From positions 64,001-128,000 of the IMG/VR virus record IMGVR_UViG_3300050190_000082: a DNA stretch of 64,000 nucleotides, one strand, 5' to 3'. Under the pieces are notes generated by a model that searched no databases, was not told the origin of the DNA, and saw only the letters and a list, made by a program, of their open reading frames with translations. Position 1 is the stretch's first letter; the number at the start of each line of letters is the position of its first letter. This DNA is from a virus. Positions 39,255-49,619 of this stretch are shown here, piece after piece. The translations under genes were made by a program, and so were the position numbers.

Positions 39255-41443
39255 AGGGACGTACCAATACTATCCGCACTTTGACGAGTAGTTGATGAAA
39301 TTGTACCTATATATGAAATTAATTCTGGAAGACTTACAGACGCAGCCTGTGCTGAAAATGCTGTTTTCTGAATTGCTGCACTTAATTCCGCAGTTGATGT
39401 TGCAGATGTGTTGTCCACTGCGACCATTTTATCGACAAATCCCATCATATCGGTAGCTGACATTTTGTAAGAGTTCATGACGCTAATTAAACTCTGTGCA
39501 GAATCTTGTTGAGATTGACCTGCAATCTTACTCATGACTGTACTACTTTTTAATAATTCAGATGTGCTACTCGCAGAATTGCCAGCTCTTAGGAATTCCT
39601 CTGATGCAGTCATTATTTCAGACGTAGTTTCATGTAATTGTCCTGCCAATGCGGAATAATCTTGTGTCATCTGTACAATAGAATCATGAGAATTTCCTGT
39701 TATCATAGCGATATTTGTCATGTTCGCATTTATACCGTTTATAAAGGCAAATCCATCCTTAATTTGTTTAAGGGTCGAAAATAGGGCACCGCCAACGATA
39801 GACCACTGAACCATCTTAATTCCATTATTTACCAAATCTGCACCAAACCCCTGAGCAGCAACTTTAGCTTCATTTAAACCAGCTTTCATGTTGTTGGTAG
39901 CTGACGTTACTTGAGCAGATTCCGCTTTAAATGCTTCCATATCAGCAACATTAGTTAAAGAACTTGAGGATGCTGTTATTGAACTAATTTGAGACTGTAC
40001 ATCAGGTGTTTTGGCCAAACTTCCGAATTGACTCTGAATATTACGAAGTGCTAGTGCGTTACGCTCTTGAAAAAGTGCAATTGATCTTTGTAATTCAACA
40101 TTTTCTAATCTCGTATTTTCTATTTCCTTATCCGCTACAAGTTGTATACTTGTTTCTGATCTCATACTTGCCATTAAACTCTTGAGAGAATCTAATTGGC
40201 TAAAAGCTTCTGATCCAATAGAAATTGCACTTAATTTTTCTTGAAGTAAAACCATTTGATCTTCAGTTAACTTAACAGAAGAAGCTCCACCTCTAATCTC
40301 TGCAAACAGCAAGTTATATTTTTCTTGTTGTGACTGAATGGCTAAAGTTTGCTTTTCTTCCAAACTTATTGTTTGGGTTATTTGATTATCCATTTCTACA
40401 AGAGCAGAGACATTATCAAGTATTTCTTGCTTTAAGGTATCAGAGAAACTTCCACTATTTAAAGCATTTATTTTCTCTTCTAATGTAGCCAACTCTACCG
40501 ATAATTTTTCGACATTGGTAATATCGTCTAATTTTACTATTTGTTTCACTTGAAATAAATTTAACTTTTCTTCTAAACTTAATGTTTTATCTATTTGAGT
40601 ATCCATATCTTGAAGAGAGGATATATCATTGAGTATTTCTTGTTTAAAAGAATTTGTAAAATTATTTCCATTTAAACTATTTATTTTTTCTTTAAGTGTA
40701 GTTATCTCAACAGATAACTTTTCTGCATTCACAATATCATCTACATTAAATATCTGCTTTTGTTGAAATGCTCCTATATTATCTAACTCTTTTACAGTAG
40801 CTATTTCTTGTTTGTAGGCATTGATTACCTCATCAACTGCTAGTTTAGCTTCTTGTTGATCTATTGTAGAAGAGTTAGAGTTTAATCCAGATACCAAACT
40901 TTCGGCATTTATAGCCAATGGTTTTGCGGATATTGGCATACTCCCTAAATCAGACATTGACGCTCTTAATTTTTCTTGAGTAATTACTAATTTTTCAGCT
41001 TCAATTCGATTTGCTTTATAACCATCTACTGTTTGTAATATAGTTCCTTTCCATATCTTTGTATGGTCTCCGGCTTCACTTATTACAGTATCGAAATTCT
41101 TCGTTTCCTTAACTGCCTGACCTAAACTGTTTGTAAATTGAGTAGTTTGAGTTTTTAGGTCTTCGAATACCTTTCCAGAAATATCCTTAGTAACTTTAAA
41201 TTTTTCCGTAAAACTGTCTATTCCAGTAGAATCTACATTAATTTTCATTGGACTATTTGCTTCACTGGTTAAAGTTTGTATCTTTGATGTGATAGCATTT
41301 AAAGCGTCACTATCTGTTTCAACTTTTAACTTGATTGGGTTACCATTAATTTCATCACGAATACTATTTATACTATTTAATATACTCTCTTTCGATTTGC
41401 TGTCTAAAATCGCTTGTATATTAATCTGAATCATATCTGACAT
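39255..41443 (-). CDS. tail tape measure protein, exon 1 (TP901-family core; ~71-aa tandem repeat)
   Basis: MTNIAMITG...EEFLRAG...DKMVAVDNTSATSTAELSAAI...STTRQSADSIGTSL; spliced exons total 6093 nt = 2030 aa + stop. Confidence 0.9.
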
Positions 41444-41494
41444 TAATTAATCAACTCCTCTACACGATAATAGAGGGTTAATCACCCTCTATTA

Positions 41495-41977
41495 TTATAT
41501 TACGTCTATTCCTTCTTTTGCTAATCCTTTGATAAACATTTCTTTTGCTTTTCCATTTTCTAAATCCTTCTGTGTTTTTTCAATGAAGGCTCTCGATTTT
41601 AAATATTCTTCATGATAAGGATAATCATATTCTCCGTACCCATTATTATCACCATATTCAACTAATCCTGCAATTTGAAATGGATTTTTATAATTAGGCA
41701 TATAATCTTGATTACTCATAGTTTCATTATCAACTGACATTACGACTGTATTCCCACCAGAAATAAAACTACTATGCATATTATTAGTATCAGACAAACC
41801 ACCATTGTCTTCTCTTCTGTCATATACTTTAGGAGAATAACTATTATAAACAACATCTTTTACATTCTGAGATTCTAATTGTTTAACCTCTGGAGCAACT
41901 GTTACCTCCATAGCTGTTTTAACTTTTAATAATAGATATGCTTCTAATTCGTCTAAATTATTAAATGATGGAGACAT
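41495..41977 (-). CDS. HK97 gp10-like tail/neck protein
   Basis: VYNSYSPKVYDRR...LVEYG...SRAFIEKT pattern; directly upstream of the tape measure. Confidence 0.55.
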   Translation of the reverse strand: MSPSFNNLDELEAYLLLKVKTAMEVTVAPEVKQLESQNVKDVVYNSYSPKVYDRREDNGGLSDTNNMHSSFISGGNTVVMSVDNETMSNQDYMPNYKNPFQIAGLVEYGDNNGYGEYDYPYHEEYLKSRAFIEKTQKDLENGKAKEMFIKGLAKEGIDVI

Positions 41978-41988
41978 TTAACTACCTC

Positions 41989-42531
41989 CTATACTACTTT
42001 TTTCTTTCTTGGTGTTGCTTTTGGTTGCTTTAAACTTGAAAGAATATTTGGTAACTCCTTCATAATGCTTCCCAACTCTCCTTGAGCTGGAAGTTTGAGT
42101 GAAATACTATTTAATGTTTTACTTAGTATTGAAGCTACACTGTTATTTAATTCAATTTCTTGACTAATTTCATTCTCTAGAAGTGTAATAAATTCATTAC
42201 ATTCACTATTTTTTAATACATAATCAATGATTTTATTTTGTTTGCAGAAGTCATAAAACTCAATTGCAAGAACAGAATCTATATTGTTCTCTGCGTCATA
42301 TAGTCCTTCAAATTCAATATTTGTATAATTAACTAGGATATAGAGTGATTCAAATAGATTTTTAATTATGTAGTCTATTTTTAGAAAATTGTTTTCATCT
42401 CTGTTTAGACAAATTTTAACTATATTATCAACCATATTTTTTTTGGAAACAAGAGAGACATATGAGAGAGTAATGAGATTAGAAATATTTTCACCTGATT
42501 GGACTTTTTCTTTTAATTCAATAAATTTCAT
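41989..42531 (-). CDS. hypothetical protein (tail assembly chaperone position)
   Basis: ORF track; AAGGAG RBS; position. Confidence 0.5.
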   Translation of the reverse strand: MKFIELKEKVQSGENISNLITLSYVSLVSKKNMVDNIVKICLNRDENNFLKIDYIIKNLFESLYILVNYTNIEFEGLYDAENNIDSVLAIEFYDFCKQNKIIDYVLKNSECNEFITLLENEISQEIELNNSVASILSKTLNSISLKLPAQGELGSIMKELPNILSSLKQPKATPRKKKVV

Positions 42532-42613
42532 TTAATTTAATCTCCTTTTTATTTAAAATAAAAAGACCTATCAAATATGATAAGTCTTAGAAAAACCTAT
42601 TAACTTTAACTTA

Positions 42614-43207
42614 TTAAACGGTTGCTAATCCTCTTTTTATAACTACAGTGATTATTCCATGCCATTTGTTTATAATATTTTTAGAGGAATTATAAGTAAT
42701 CCCCTTTTTGTCTATTGCATTTCTACTATTAATAGAATAAAAAATAAACTCAGGATCTAAAATAGAATTTATGATAATTTTAATTCCTAGTTTTTTAATC
42801 TTTCCATTTTTATTACCCAATCCTCCTATCACTGCACCTGGGATACCAGCAATTACTCCTCCCATAAAAGCACCAGATTTTGAATATTTACCAACAGATA
42901 CTTCATCTTCAGTAACTTCTACAGAAATTACTTCATCAAAATCAACAAATCTATTTACATATTCTTTTTCTGTTATGGTAATCAAAACTAATTTCTTATT
43001 TTCTTCATCAATTGCTATAGCTTTATCAATTTTTCCTAATGTATTAATTCCAATTTCTTTTTGAACACATTTAAAATCTGGAAGGGAATCAATATGATTC
43101 AAAACATTTTCCCTATCTACCCTGTATTTCTCATTTTTTGAAGACACTGATAAAATAAAAGGAAGGAAGAAAATTATGATTATACCAATAAAAAATAAAA
43201 TACTCAT
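42614..43207 (-). CDS. membrane-anchored moron protein
   Basis: N-terminal TM; GAFMGGVIAGIPGAVIGGLG glycine zipper; followed by a terminator at ~42560-42590. Confidence 0.6.
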   Translation of the reverse strand: MSILFFIGIIIIFFLPFILSVSSKNEKYRVDRENVLNHIDSLPDFKCVQKEIGINTLGKIDKAIAIDEENKKLVLITITEKEYVNRFVDFDEVISVEVTEDEVSVGKYSKSGAFMGGVIAGIPGAVIGGLGNKNGKIKKLGIKIIINSILDPEFIFYSINSRNAIDKKGITYNSSKNIINKWHGIITVVIKRGLATV

Positions 43208-43341
43208 CTAGTATGTACCTCCTAATTAGTATTTTGTTATTTAGTTTATTATATGCTAACTAGGAAATATATACAACAAATAATTGAAATCATGTTAAGA
43301 TCTGTATTAGATCATAATAAAACGCGCCTTTCATTGTTTGA

Positions 43342-46044
43342 TTATGCTACAATTTTATTAACTTGTAATATCATAGCCATTAATTTTTTATACTTCTCTC
43401 TAAGTAATTCAAAATTATTTTTCAAATCACAAGGATAGATATCTAAAAACATAATATTATTATTGCTTTTATAATATTCATTTTTCCTATCCGTTTTGAA
43501 TCTGTAATCTATGATTCTTTGCAACGGGTTAGTCAATGAATACAAACCGTAATACTCCAAATAGATTGGCTTTTGAAGTCTAATTTTTGTGCCAGACTTA
43601 TCATTAATATATTCAATTACAAAATCTGGACAATATTTATTGTCTTCATGATCATATGGCAGAATAAAGGAATGTTTGCCACTATGTTTAGACCCAATTG
43701 CTTCAATGTATTGAATTCCTAGCTCTCTCTTTAGGTATTCATATAAAACCTTTTCTTCGATACTATCACATATTGTTCTATCATATGCAACACACAAACC
43801 GAAATCTTCTGGTATCCAATAATTTGCGTATTCAGGAAATGCTTCACAACACCATGTATAGAAGTTTTTAAAACGTTTTTTATTAATATGTTTGATAAAT
43901 TTAGGATAACAAGTTGCAATAAATGGTCTATTAATATAACTAGGGATGTCATCAATAGGATTTTTAATATATCCATCTAATCTGAATTCAACTAGTTCTC
44001 TCAACATTCTTAGGAGAATGGGCTTATCTGATTTATTGAATTGATGCCATTCCCAATCAAACAAGATATTATTTTCTTTAATTATTGGATATGATTCTAC
44101 CAATAAATCATACAAAGATAAATTATAACTGTTGTATGCAAATATTTTAGAAATTAATTCACTCCTAAAATATTCATATACCCATAATTTTAAATTATCA
44201 GTATTATTAATTGTATTCAATATACTTTCTTTGCATTCCTGTTCACAATAATGTTTTATTTTATCCAACCTATTTTGTTTATTTTGCCAAAAACTATGGG
44301 GTACGCTTTCAAAATCCCATACATCAATAGGTCTAAAATAAATAGGATGAAGTATATTATTATATTCATAATACCACATTACGATATCAAATATTGAAGA
44401 AAACTTTCTTGCCCATAAAGCATCCATTTTCTTACTGAATTTTTCTCCTAACCCACTTTTCAATAAATCATTTGCAGATAGTTTGTTATCATTCATCCAA
44501 CATGAAATAATTTCATTTATATTTATATCTGTATATAATTCTGGAAATACATCATTTTCTGTAATATTTAACTCAGGAAAACATTTTTGAAACGCTAGTA
44601 ATTTCCCTCCAAGTCTAAAAATAGACATATCTATTCTATATTTTTCAAATTCTTGGCTGCCAATTGAACAAATTTCTTCTATAGAATGTAAATTGAGCTT
44701 AATATTAAATATATATCTGATTATATCTATAATATTTTTATCTTGGTAACAAAATTCAGGCATTTGTTTTAGATTATTATTTAAAAATGCGTCATACCAT
44801 GAATAAATATTGTATCTGTCGGTAATAAGTATATTATTCTTCTTACAAGATTTAAGTAAATTTCTTTCATAAGATTCTTTTGTTTCACAATCTTTACATA
44901 TATATTTTAACCCAAATTTCGACCCTATACCTTTAGAAAAATTATCCTCTATAAATTCTTTAATTTCTCCACATTTAATACATTTGATTGCATTTGGTTT
45001 TATAAATATTATATTGTAATTTTGTCCATCAATAATATTCCTAAATTTATCAACATTTGTTTCTTGTGATAAATCATAAACTGGAGTAATATAATTATAC
45101 ATTTGTTTTAACGAATTTTCCTTAAAATATTTAAAGAATTGTGTCCTACATATATATCCGTCGTTATTATTTAATTCCTTATCAATAGGGAATTTTTTAT
45201 TAATTTCACAAAACCTTATAATCTCATTTATTAATGTTTTACCATTATTATCTAGAGTATTATATTCATTTGTTAACTTATATACTTTCCCTTCCAATAA
45301 TTTAGGAACACAATCACTTTTAATATCAAATGAATAATTATCTTGCAACATTTCTTCTTTTGAAAATATTTCACCATACATTTCTTCAAATAAAAAAATG
45401 TTACTTCCATTAAACTTTACATTGCATAAACCGAGAAAATAATATTCACTTAGTAAATTATTAAATCCAAATGACCCAGCACAATTTATATTATCTATAC
45501 CTTTATTTTCTAATAATTTTTCCTTAAACCATTTTAAAGCATTATTAGTATTTTCTTCTGTCCATCCATTCCCTATAGTAGAAGACCTTAGTTCCCAAGG
45601 TTGAATATTATATTCTGGAAATGATTTTATTAAATAATTATATAGACTAAATTTTTTAATGCCTAATAATCCACCTAAACCATTATCTTTAAAAGTCTTT
45701 GTAGAATAATTATTGCAAATATCTTCTTTATTCCATTTTAAAATATCATTTATCATGTACCTAATTAAAATTATTATGTATTCATCATGGTTATATACTC
45801 CATTTGTAAATACTTTAATTTCTTTATTTAATAGTGCTTTATACATAAAGATTACTTCATCTTCTGTTAGGGAATTAATGATCTCAAACTTATTAAGTTT
45901 CAATTTTTTAGAATATAAACTTATAGTTGAAATTGATTTACCATAATACTTTTCTAATTGATACATAGACATTTTGCGAAAATTAGATGTAAATTCTTCT
46001 TCAGAAATATACCAAGGAATTATTACTTTAACTTCTTTACTCAT
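43342..46044 (-). CDS. 900-aa free-standing nuclease-like protein: DUF4046-like helical repeats, zinc ribbon, C-terminal PD-(D/E)xK domain
   Basis: FPEYNIQPWEL-type repeats; CIKC...CKDC; CDSIEE...CPDFVIEY...IYLEYYG...YRFKTDRKNEYY. Confidence 0.65.
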   Translation of the reverse strand: MSKEVKVIIPWYISEEEFTSNFRKMSMYQLEKYYGKSISTISLYSKKLKLNKFEIINSLTEDEVIFMYKALLNKEIKVFTNGVYNHDEYIIILIRYMINDILKWNKEDICNNYSTKTFKDNGLGGLLGIKKFSLYNYLIKSFPEYNIQPWELRSSTIGNGWTEENTNNALKWFKEKLLENKGIDNINCAGSFGFNNLLSEYYFLGLCNVKFNGSNIFLFEEMYGEIFSKEEMLQDNYSFDIKSDCVPKLLEGKVYKLTNEYNTLDNNGKTLINEIIRFCEINKKFPIDKELNNNDGYICRTQFFKYFKENSLKQMYNYITPVYDLSQETNVDKFRNIIDGQNYNIIFIKPNAIKCIKCGEIKEFIEDNFSKGIGSKFGLKYICKDCETKESYERNLLKSCKKNNILITDRYNIYSWYDAFLNNNLKQMPEFCYQDKNIIDIIRYIFNIKLNLHSIEEICSIGSQEFEKYRIDMSIFRLGGKLLAFQKCFPELNITENDVFPELYTDININEIISCWMNDNKLSANDLLKSGLGEKFSKKMDALWARKFSSIFDIVMWYYEYNNILHPIYFRPIDVWDFESVPHSFWQNKQNRLDKIKHYCEQECKESILNTINNTDNLKLWVYEYFRSELISKIFAYNSYNLSLYDLLVESYPIIKENNILFDWEWHQFNKSDKPILLRMLRELVEFRLDGYIKNPIDDIPSYINRPFIATCYPKFIKHINKKRFKNFYTWCCEAFPEYANYWIPEDFGLCVAYDRTICDSIEEKVLYEYLKRELGIQYIEAIGSKHSGKHSFILPYDHEDNKYCPDFVIEYINDKSGTKIRLQKPIYLEYYGLYSLTNPLQRIIDYRFKTDRKNEYYKSNNNIMFLDIYPCDLKNNFELLREKYKKLMAMILQVNKIVA

Positions 46045-46049
46045 ATTCT

Positions 46050-46160
46050 TTCTACCTCCGATAATTTTTACTCCCCTTAACCCTTACAATTTCTATATAA
46101 TACAGAGGGGGTGGCTGGAGTATGCCAATCAGGGTTATAACTCCTGATCTTCCCTCTGTA
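46050..46160 (-). promoter_or_regulatory. structured RNA leader L4
   Basis: P1 UACAGAGGG/CCCUCUGUA; P2 AUCAGG-aguuauaac-CCUGAU; P3 UGGC-auacucca-GCCA; loop pairs with GGAGUA (46069-46074) upstream of the SD GGAGGU. Confidence 0.7.
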
Positions 46161-46256
46161 AAACTAACAAATTAATCTAATTTCCTGACAAATCCTGTCG
46201 AATTATCTCAATTACCACCTTAACATGATAGAATAATTCGACAGGAGGTGAAAAGA

Positions 46257-46466
46257 ATGAATATACCCAAAATAAAACAATGTTATAATTGTGGAAACAA
46301 TTCATTTGGTAGTTTAGTCTCGAATGGAAATACACCATATACAATTTTAGTTTCTGCTGAAAAACAAGACGATGGTAGTTTTAAGCCAGATAATACTAAA
46401 GTATTAGGTGTTATTCCTATAGTCTGCAACAAATGTGGTTTGGTTCAACTTTTTATTGAGAAATAG
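46257..46466 (+). CDS. small CxxC...CxxC zinc-ribbon protein (counter-oriented moron)
   Basis: CYNCG...CNKCG; AGGAGG RBS. Confidence 0.65.
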   Translation: MNIPKIKQCYNCGNNSFGSLVSNGNTPYTILVSAEKQDDGSFKPDNTKVLGVIPIVCNKCGLVQLFIEK

Positions 46467-46707
46467 TATCCCATTGATATTTACCCCAAATAATTGTAAC
46501 TTCTAACTGTTCTTCTTGAGTAGTTTCTTTTTTACTCTCTTCCATTTTTTATCACTTCCTTTCTTCCTAGAATGGGCTTGCTATTACAAGTCCATTCTTT
46601 TTGCTCATTTTAATTTAAAGTTATTAAACTCCAACTCTTCATAGTAGACTTTATACATCCATTCAATATAGAAATCATTCATAGGAAACTGAATTAATTT
46701 ACCCAAA

Positions 46708-47130
46708 TCAAATCATCTTCTTCATCAAACCATCATACTTTTTGTAAATATCCTTAACCATTTTCCTATGTAACCCAATACATCCCTTTTTAACGTCTTT
46801 CCATTCAACTGAATAATTGTAGAGATATAACGAAAGAATATCTCTACCCAAATCTAAATTTCTCTTTTGAAGTTTAGCTAAATTATCCAAATGCTCTTTT
46901 TCACTAAGCTCTACAACTTCCCAATCTAAATTATCATATTTAGATATAGCATTTAATTCTCGCAATTTCATGACTTTTAGTTCAGCATTTTCCTTTACTA
47001 GATTGCCTGAGATTGCAAATTCATCTGATATATAAGTCCATTTCCAATCTGACTTTTCTTCCATAGAACAGATTTTGATTTTTCCTTCAAATCTCCCATT
47101 AGAATCCTTAACACAATAAATCTTTTCCAT
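46708..47130 (-). CDS. hypothetical protein under a strong sigma-A promoter
   Basis: ORF track; GAGGGG RBS. Confidence 0.65.
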   Translation of the reverse strand: MEKIYCVKDSNGRFEGKIKICSMEEKSDWKWTYISDEFAISGNLVKENAELKVMKLRELNAISKYDNLDWEVVELSEKEHLDNLAKLQKRNLDLGRDILSLYLYNYSVEWKDVKKGCIGLHRKMVKDIYKKYDGLMKKMI

Positions 47131-47191
47131 TATGTATTCCCCTCTACTAGTTTATTATGAAGCTGAATGTTTTTCTCAACCTCATAATACT

Positions 47192-47226
47192 AGTATAAGG
47201 GTAAAAGTATTGAATGTCAATACTTT
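47192..47226 (-). promoter_or_regulatory. sigma-A promoter TTGACA-17-TATACT with an overlapping palindromic operator
   Basis: -35 at 47215-47220, -10 at 47192-47197; perfect inverted repeat AAAGTATTGA-N3-TCAATACTTT at 47204-47226. Confidence 0.75.
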
Positions 47227-47251
47227 AGTTAAACAATTATTTACTTTATTA

Positions 47252-47473
47252 TTATTCTAAATAAAATATTTCATTAAAATTCATTCCTAATACATATGCT
47301 ATTTTCAAACCAACATCAGCGCTTGTGTTGAATCTATTTTTAACTAAATTAGACATAGTTTGTTTGGATACTCCAACCTGCAAAGCAAGCCAGTTCTGTT
47401 TTAAACCTCTATCTGATAATATCTGTTCCAATCTATTTTTAACTATTGCATTTTCTATATCCACATCAATCAC
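47252..47473 (-). CDS. XRE/Cro-family HTH transcriptional regulator
   Basis: NRLEQILSDRGLKQNWLALQVGVSKQTMSNLVKN...KIAYVL....EIF. Confidence 0.85.
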   Translation of the reverse strand: MIDVDIENAIVKNRLEQILSDRGLKQNWLALQVGVSKQTMSNLVKNRFNTSADVGLKIAYVLGMNFNEIFYLE

Positions 47474-47632
47474 TCCATCCTTTAAATATATTATACCATA
47501 TGCTATAAGTACATATGTATTAATAAGAAAGGAGAATATTTAACCTTATGATGTAATTATATTACTATTTTTAGTGGATGTAAATATAAATTATATATTA
47601 GTTATATTATTCTTAGAATTCAAAACCAAACA

Positions 47633-48217
47633 TTAATCAAACAATGGCATATACATTGGAGTGCAACCTTCGCTATAATCATCCTGCAAAGATTTCTATT
47701 CTCCTAATGGCATAAAACCATTTCTCAAATAGAAATTATAAGCATCTGGCACTGAATGTAACACTATCATTTTAACACCTAATGTCTCCATAGAAATAGT
47801 ATAAATACCTGCTATAATCGAACCTAAAATTATACAGCTAATTAAAAAATTATCCTCAGATACATCATCGTAATATAATAAATCTTGATAAGTTGTATTT
47901 ACAGCAAACATCTTTATCTCAACAGATGACATACCACGAACAGTGACATTATCATCTGTATCAGTTTGTGATGTTTGCTTTTCTTCAAAATACAAAAGAG
48001 AAGTAGAAGCTAATGTATAATATGCTATTAAACAATTATTCCTTTTATTAACAACTAAATAAGTAACACCGTTTCCACATTCACTGTCCTCAAGAGCATC
48101 TTCTTTTACATAACGATCAATTTCATCATCTCCACAATGAAAGTCATTTAATAAATATACAGATTCGGAATTTAGAAGGATTGCTTTGCATTCAAACTCA
48201 TATATTACAGGAAGCAT
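47633..48217 (-). CDS. GNAT-family acetyltransferase (type II toxin-like) with an in-frame TAG at 47696-47698
   Basis: FHCGDDEIDRY, AYYTL, FAV...YQ, AYNFYLRNGF; the frame continues past TAG as KSLQDDYSEGCTPMYMPLFD*. Confidence 0.7.
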
Positions 48218-48221
48218 AGTT

Positions 48222-48374
48222 TTAATTACCTTTAGTTATCATTTTTGAAAATCTTAAACATTGCTTGAGAAATGATGGAGAAATAACATTTTTCTTACTA
48301 TCCTCTAAAAATTTCTTTGATTTATTCTTATCAATTATGATCATTGAATTACTAGGTCTTGCTAATAATGTCAT
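48222..48374 (-). CDS. small putative antitoxin partner of the GNAT toxin
   Basis: 50 aa, MTLLARPSNSMIIIDKNKSKKFL...; ends 4 bp before the GNAT start; GGGG RBS. Confidence 0.55.
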   Translation of the reverse strand: MTLLARPSNSMIIIDKNKSKKFLEDSKKNVISPSFLKQCLRFSKMITKGN

Positions 48375-48500
48375 ATCATTTCCCCCTTTGTTTTTAATTT
48401 TACGTTTATTCTTGTCCATGTTATTATACCACCTTCCAATTGTTCTTACAATATAGTATGCCCATATTAGAACAATTTAGAAGTGGTAGGGAATAAAATT

Positions 48501-48737
48501 TCATTCCTTGGAGTTACTATCTTTCTTTCTTCTGGAAGACATAATTCTAAATATCTCTTTTTCTTCTTCAGTTTCTACATAGATATCACCATAATATTTA
48601 TAGACTGCTTCACGCTTTTCTTTATCAAAAATCATATCACTAAATGTAATACCACTTATTCCTCTAGTCTTCTTTGTTTGTTCATTAAATTCTATCATAT
48701 CTTCTTTGGAAAAATTAGATAATTTATTCTTCCTCAT
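48501..48737 (-). CDS. hypothetical protein
   Basis: ORF track; overlaps the upstream gene. Confidence 0.55.
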   Translation of the reverse strand: MRKNKLSNFSKEDMIEFNEQTKKTRGISGITFSDMIFDKEKREAVYKYYGDIYVETEEEKEIFRIMSSRRKKDSNSKE

Positions 48738-49191
48738 CCTTTAATTGCTCCTTTAAATCCCACCATGATTTCTTTGGTATTTTACCTTCACGCATGAGCT
48801 TCATCTCAATTAAGGACTGCTCCAAACTTTCTAGTGGCGTACAGTATCTTTCACAGTTTTCATCTTTATCTTTATTCATCTCATTGAGCAAACTTAAACT
48901 AGCTTTTCCTGAATATTTACCCATAATCTGTTTCAATTCTGCTTTCTTTTTAGACGTTAATCCAGCACTATCTTTAATGGTATAACCTACATTTAAATCA
49001 TTAACTTCAACAATATAATCTGCCCAATACTCAGAATCCCAATGATAAATATAAACTGGGTCATCATTAATCTGTTTTTTTAATTTACTTAGCATCAAAT
49101 TAATATATTCAGGAGATGCACTATATTTAGTCTCTAAATGTTCTTTGACTTCATTTAAGAAAATCTTATCATATTCATTATTATCATCCAT
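48724..49191 (-). CDS. hypothetical protein
   Basis: AAGGTGG RBS before ATG 49191; promoter TTGACA-17-TACAAT at 49218-49246. Confidence 0.6.
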   Translation of the reverse strand: MDDNNEYDKIFLNEVKEHLETKYSASPEYINLMLSKLKKQINDDPVYIYHWDSEYWADYIVEVNDLNVGYTIKDSAGLTSKKKAELKQIMGKYSGKASLSLLNEMNKDKDENCERYCTPLESLEQSLIEMKLMREGKIPKKSWWDLKEQLKDEEE

Positions 49192-49619
49192 ATTGTATTG
49201 ACACCACCTTCTACTATATTGTAACATTTTATGGAGTGTATGTCAATATAATATTATATATAGTTAATGGGCTTGCATTAGATCAAACATCTTCACAATC
49301 TAAATTCCTACAAAACGATCAGTACACCCCTTTATATTTAAAAGATATACAAATCTAGGTCCCGCACCTCAAACCCTTATCAGCACTAGGTTTCATTCAA
49401 TTTTAAGCCCTAAAAAGAGGCATATAGGTCACACCTAAATACATCTCTATGCACAAATACTAACCAGCGTATATATAATATATTATATATAACTTGTAAA
49501 ATTGAACATTTTCCTATATAATGGTAATATCCAATAGAAAGGAGTGATTAATATTATTAGAGATGGACCATAAATTAGCGTATCCACAAAATTATAAAAA
49601 CAAGAAGGAGAGATGTTTA

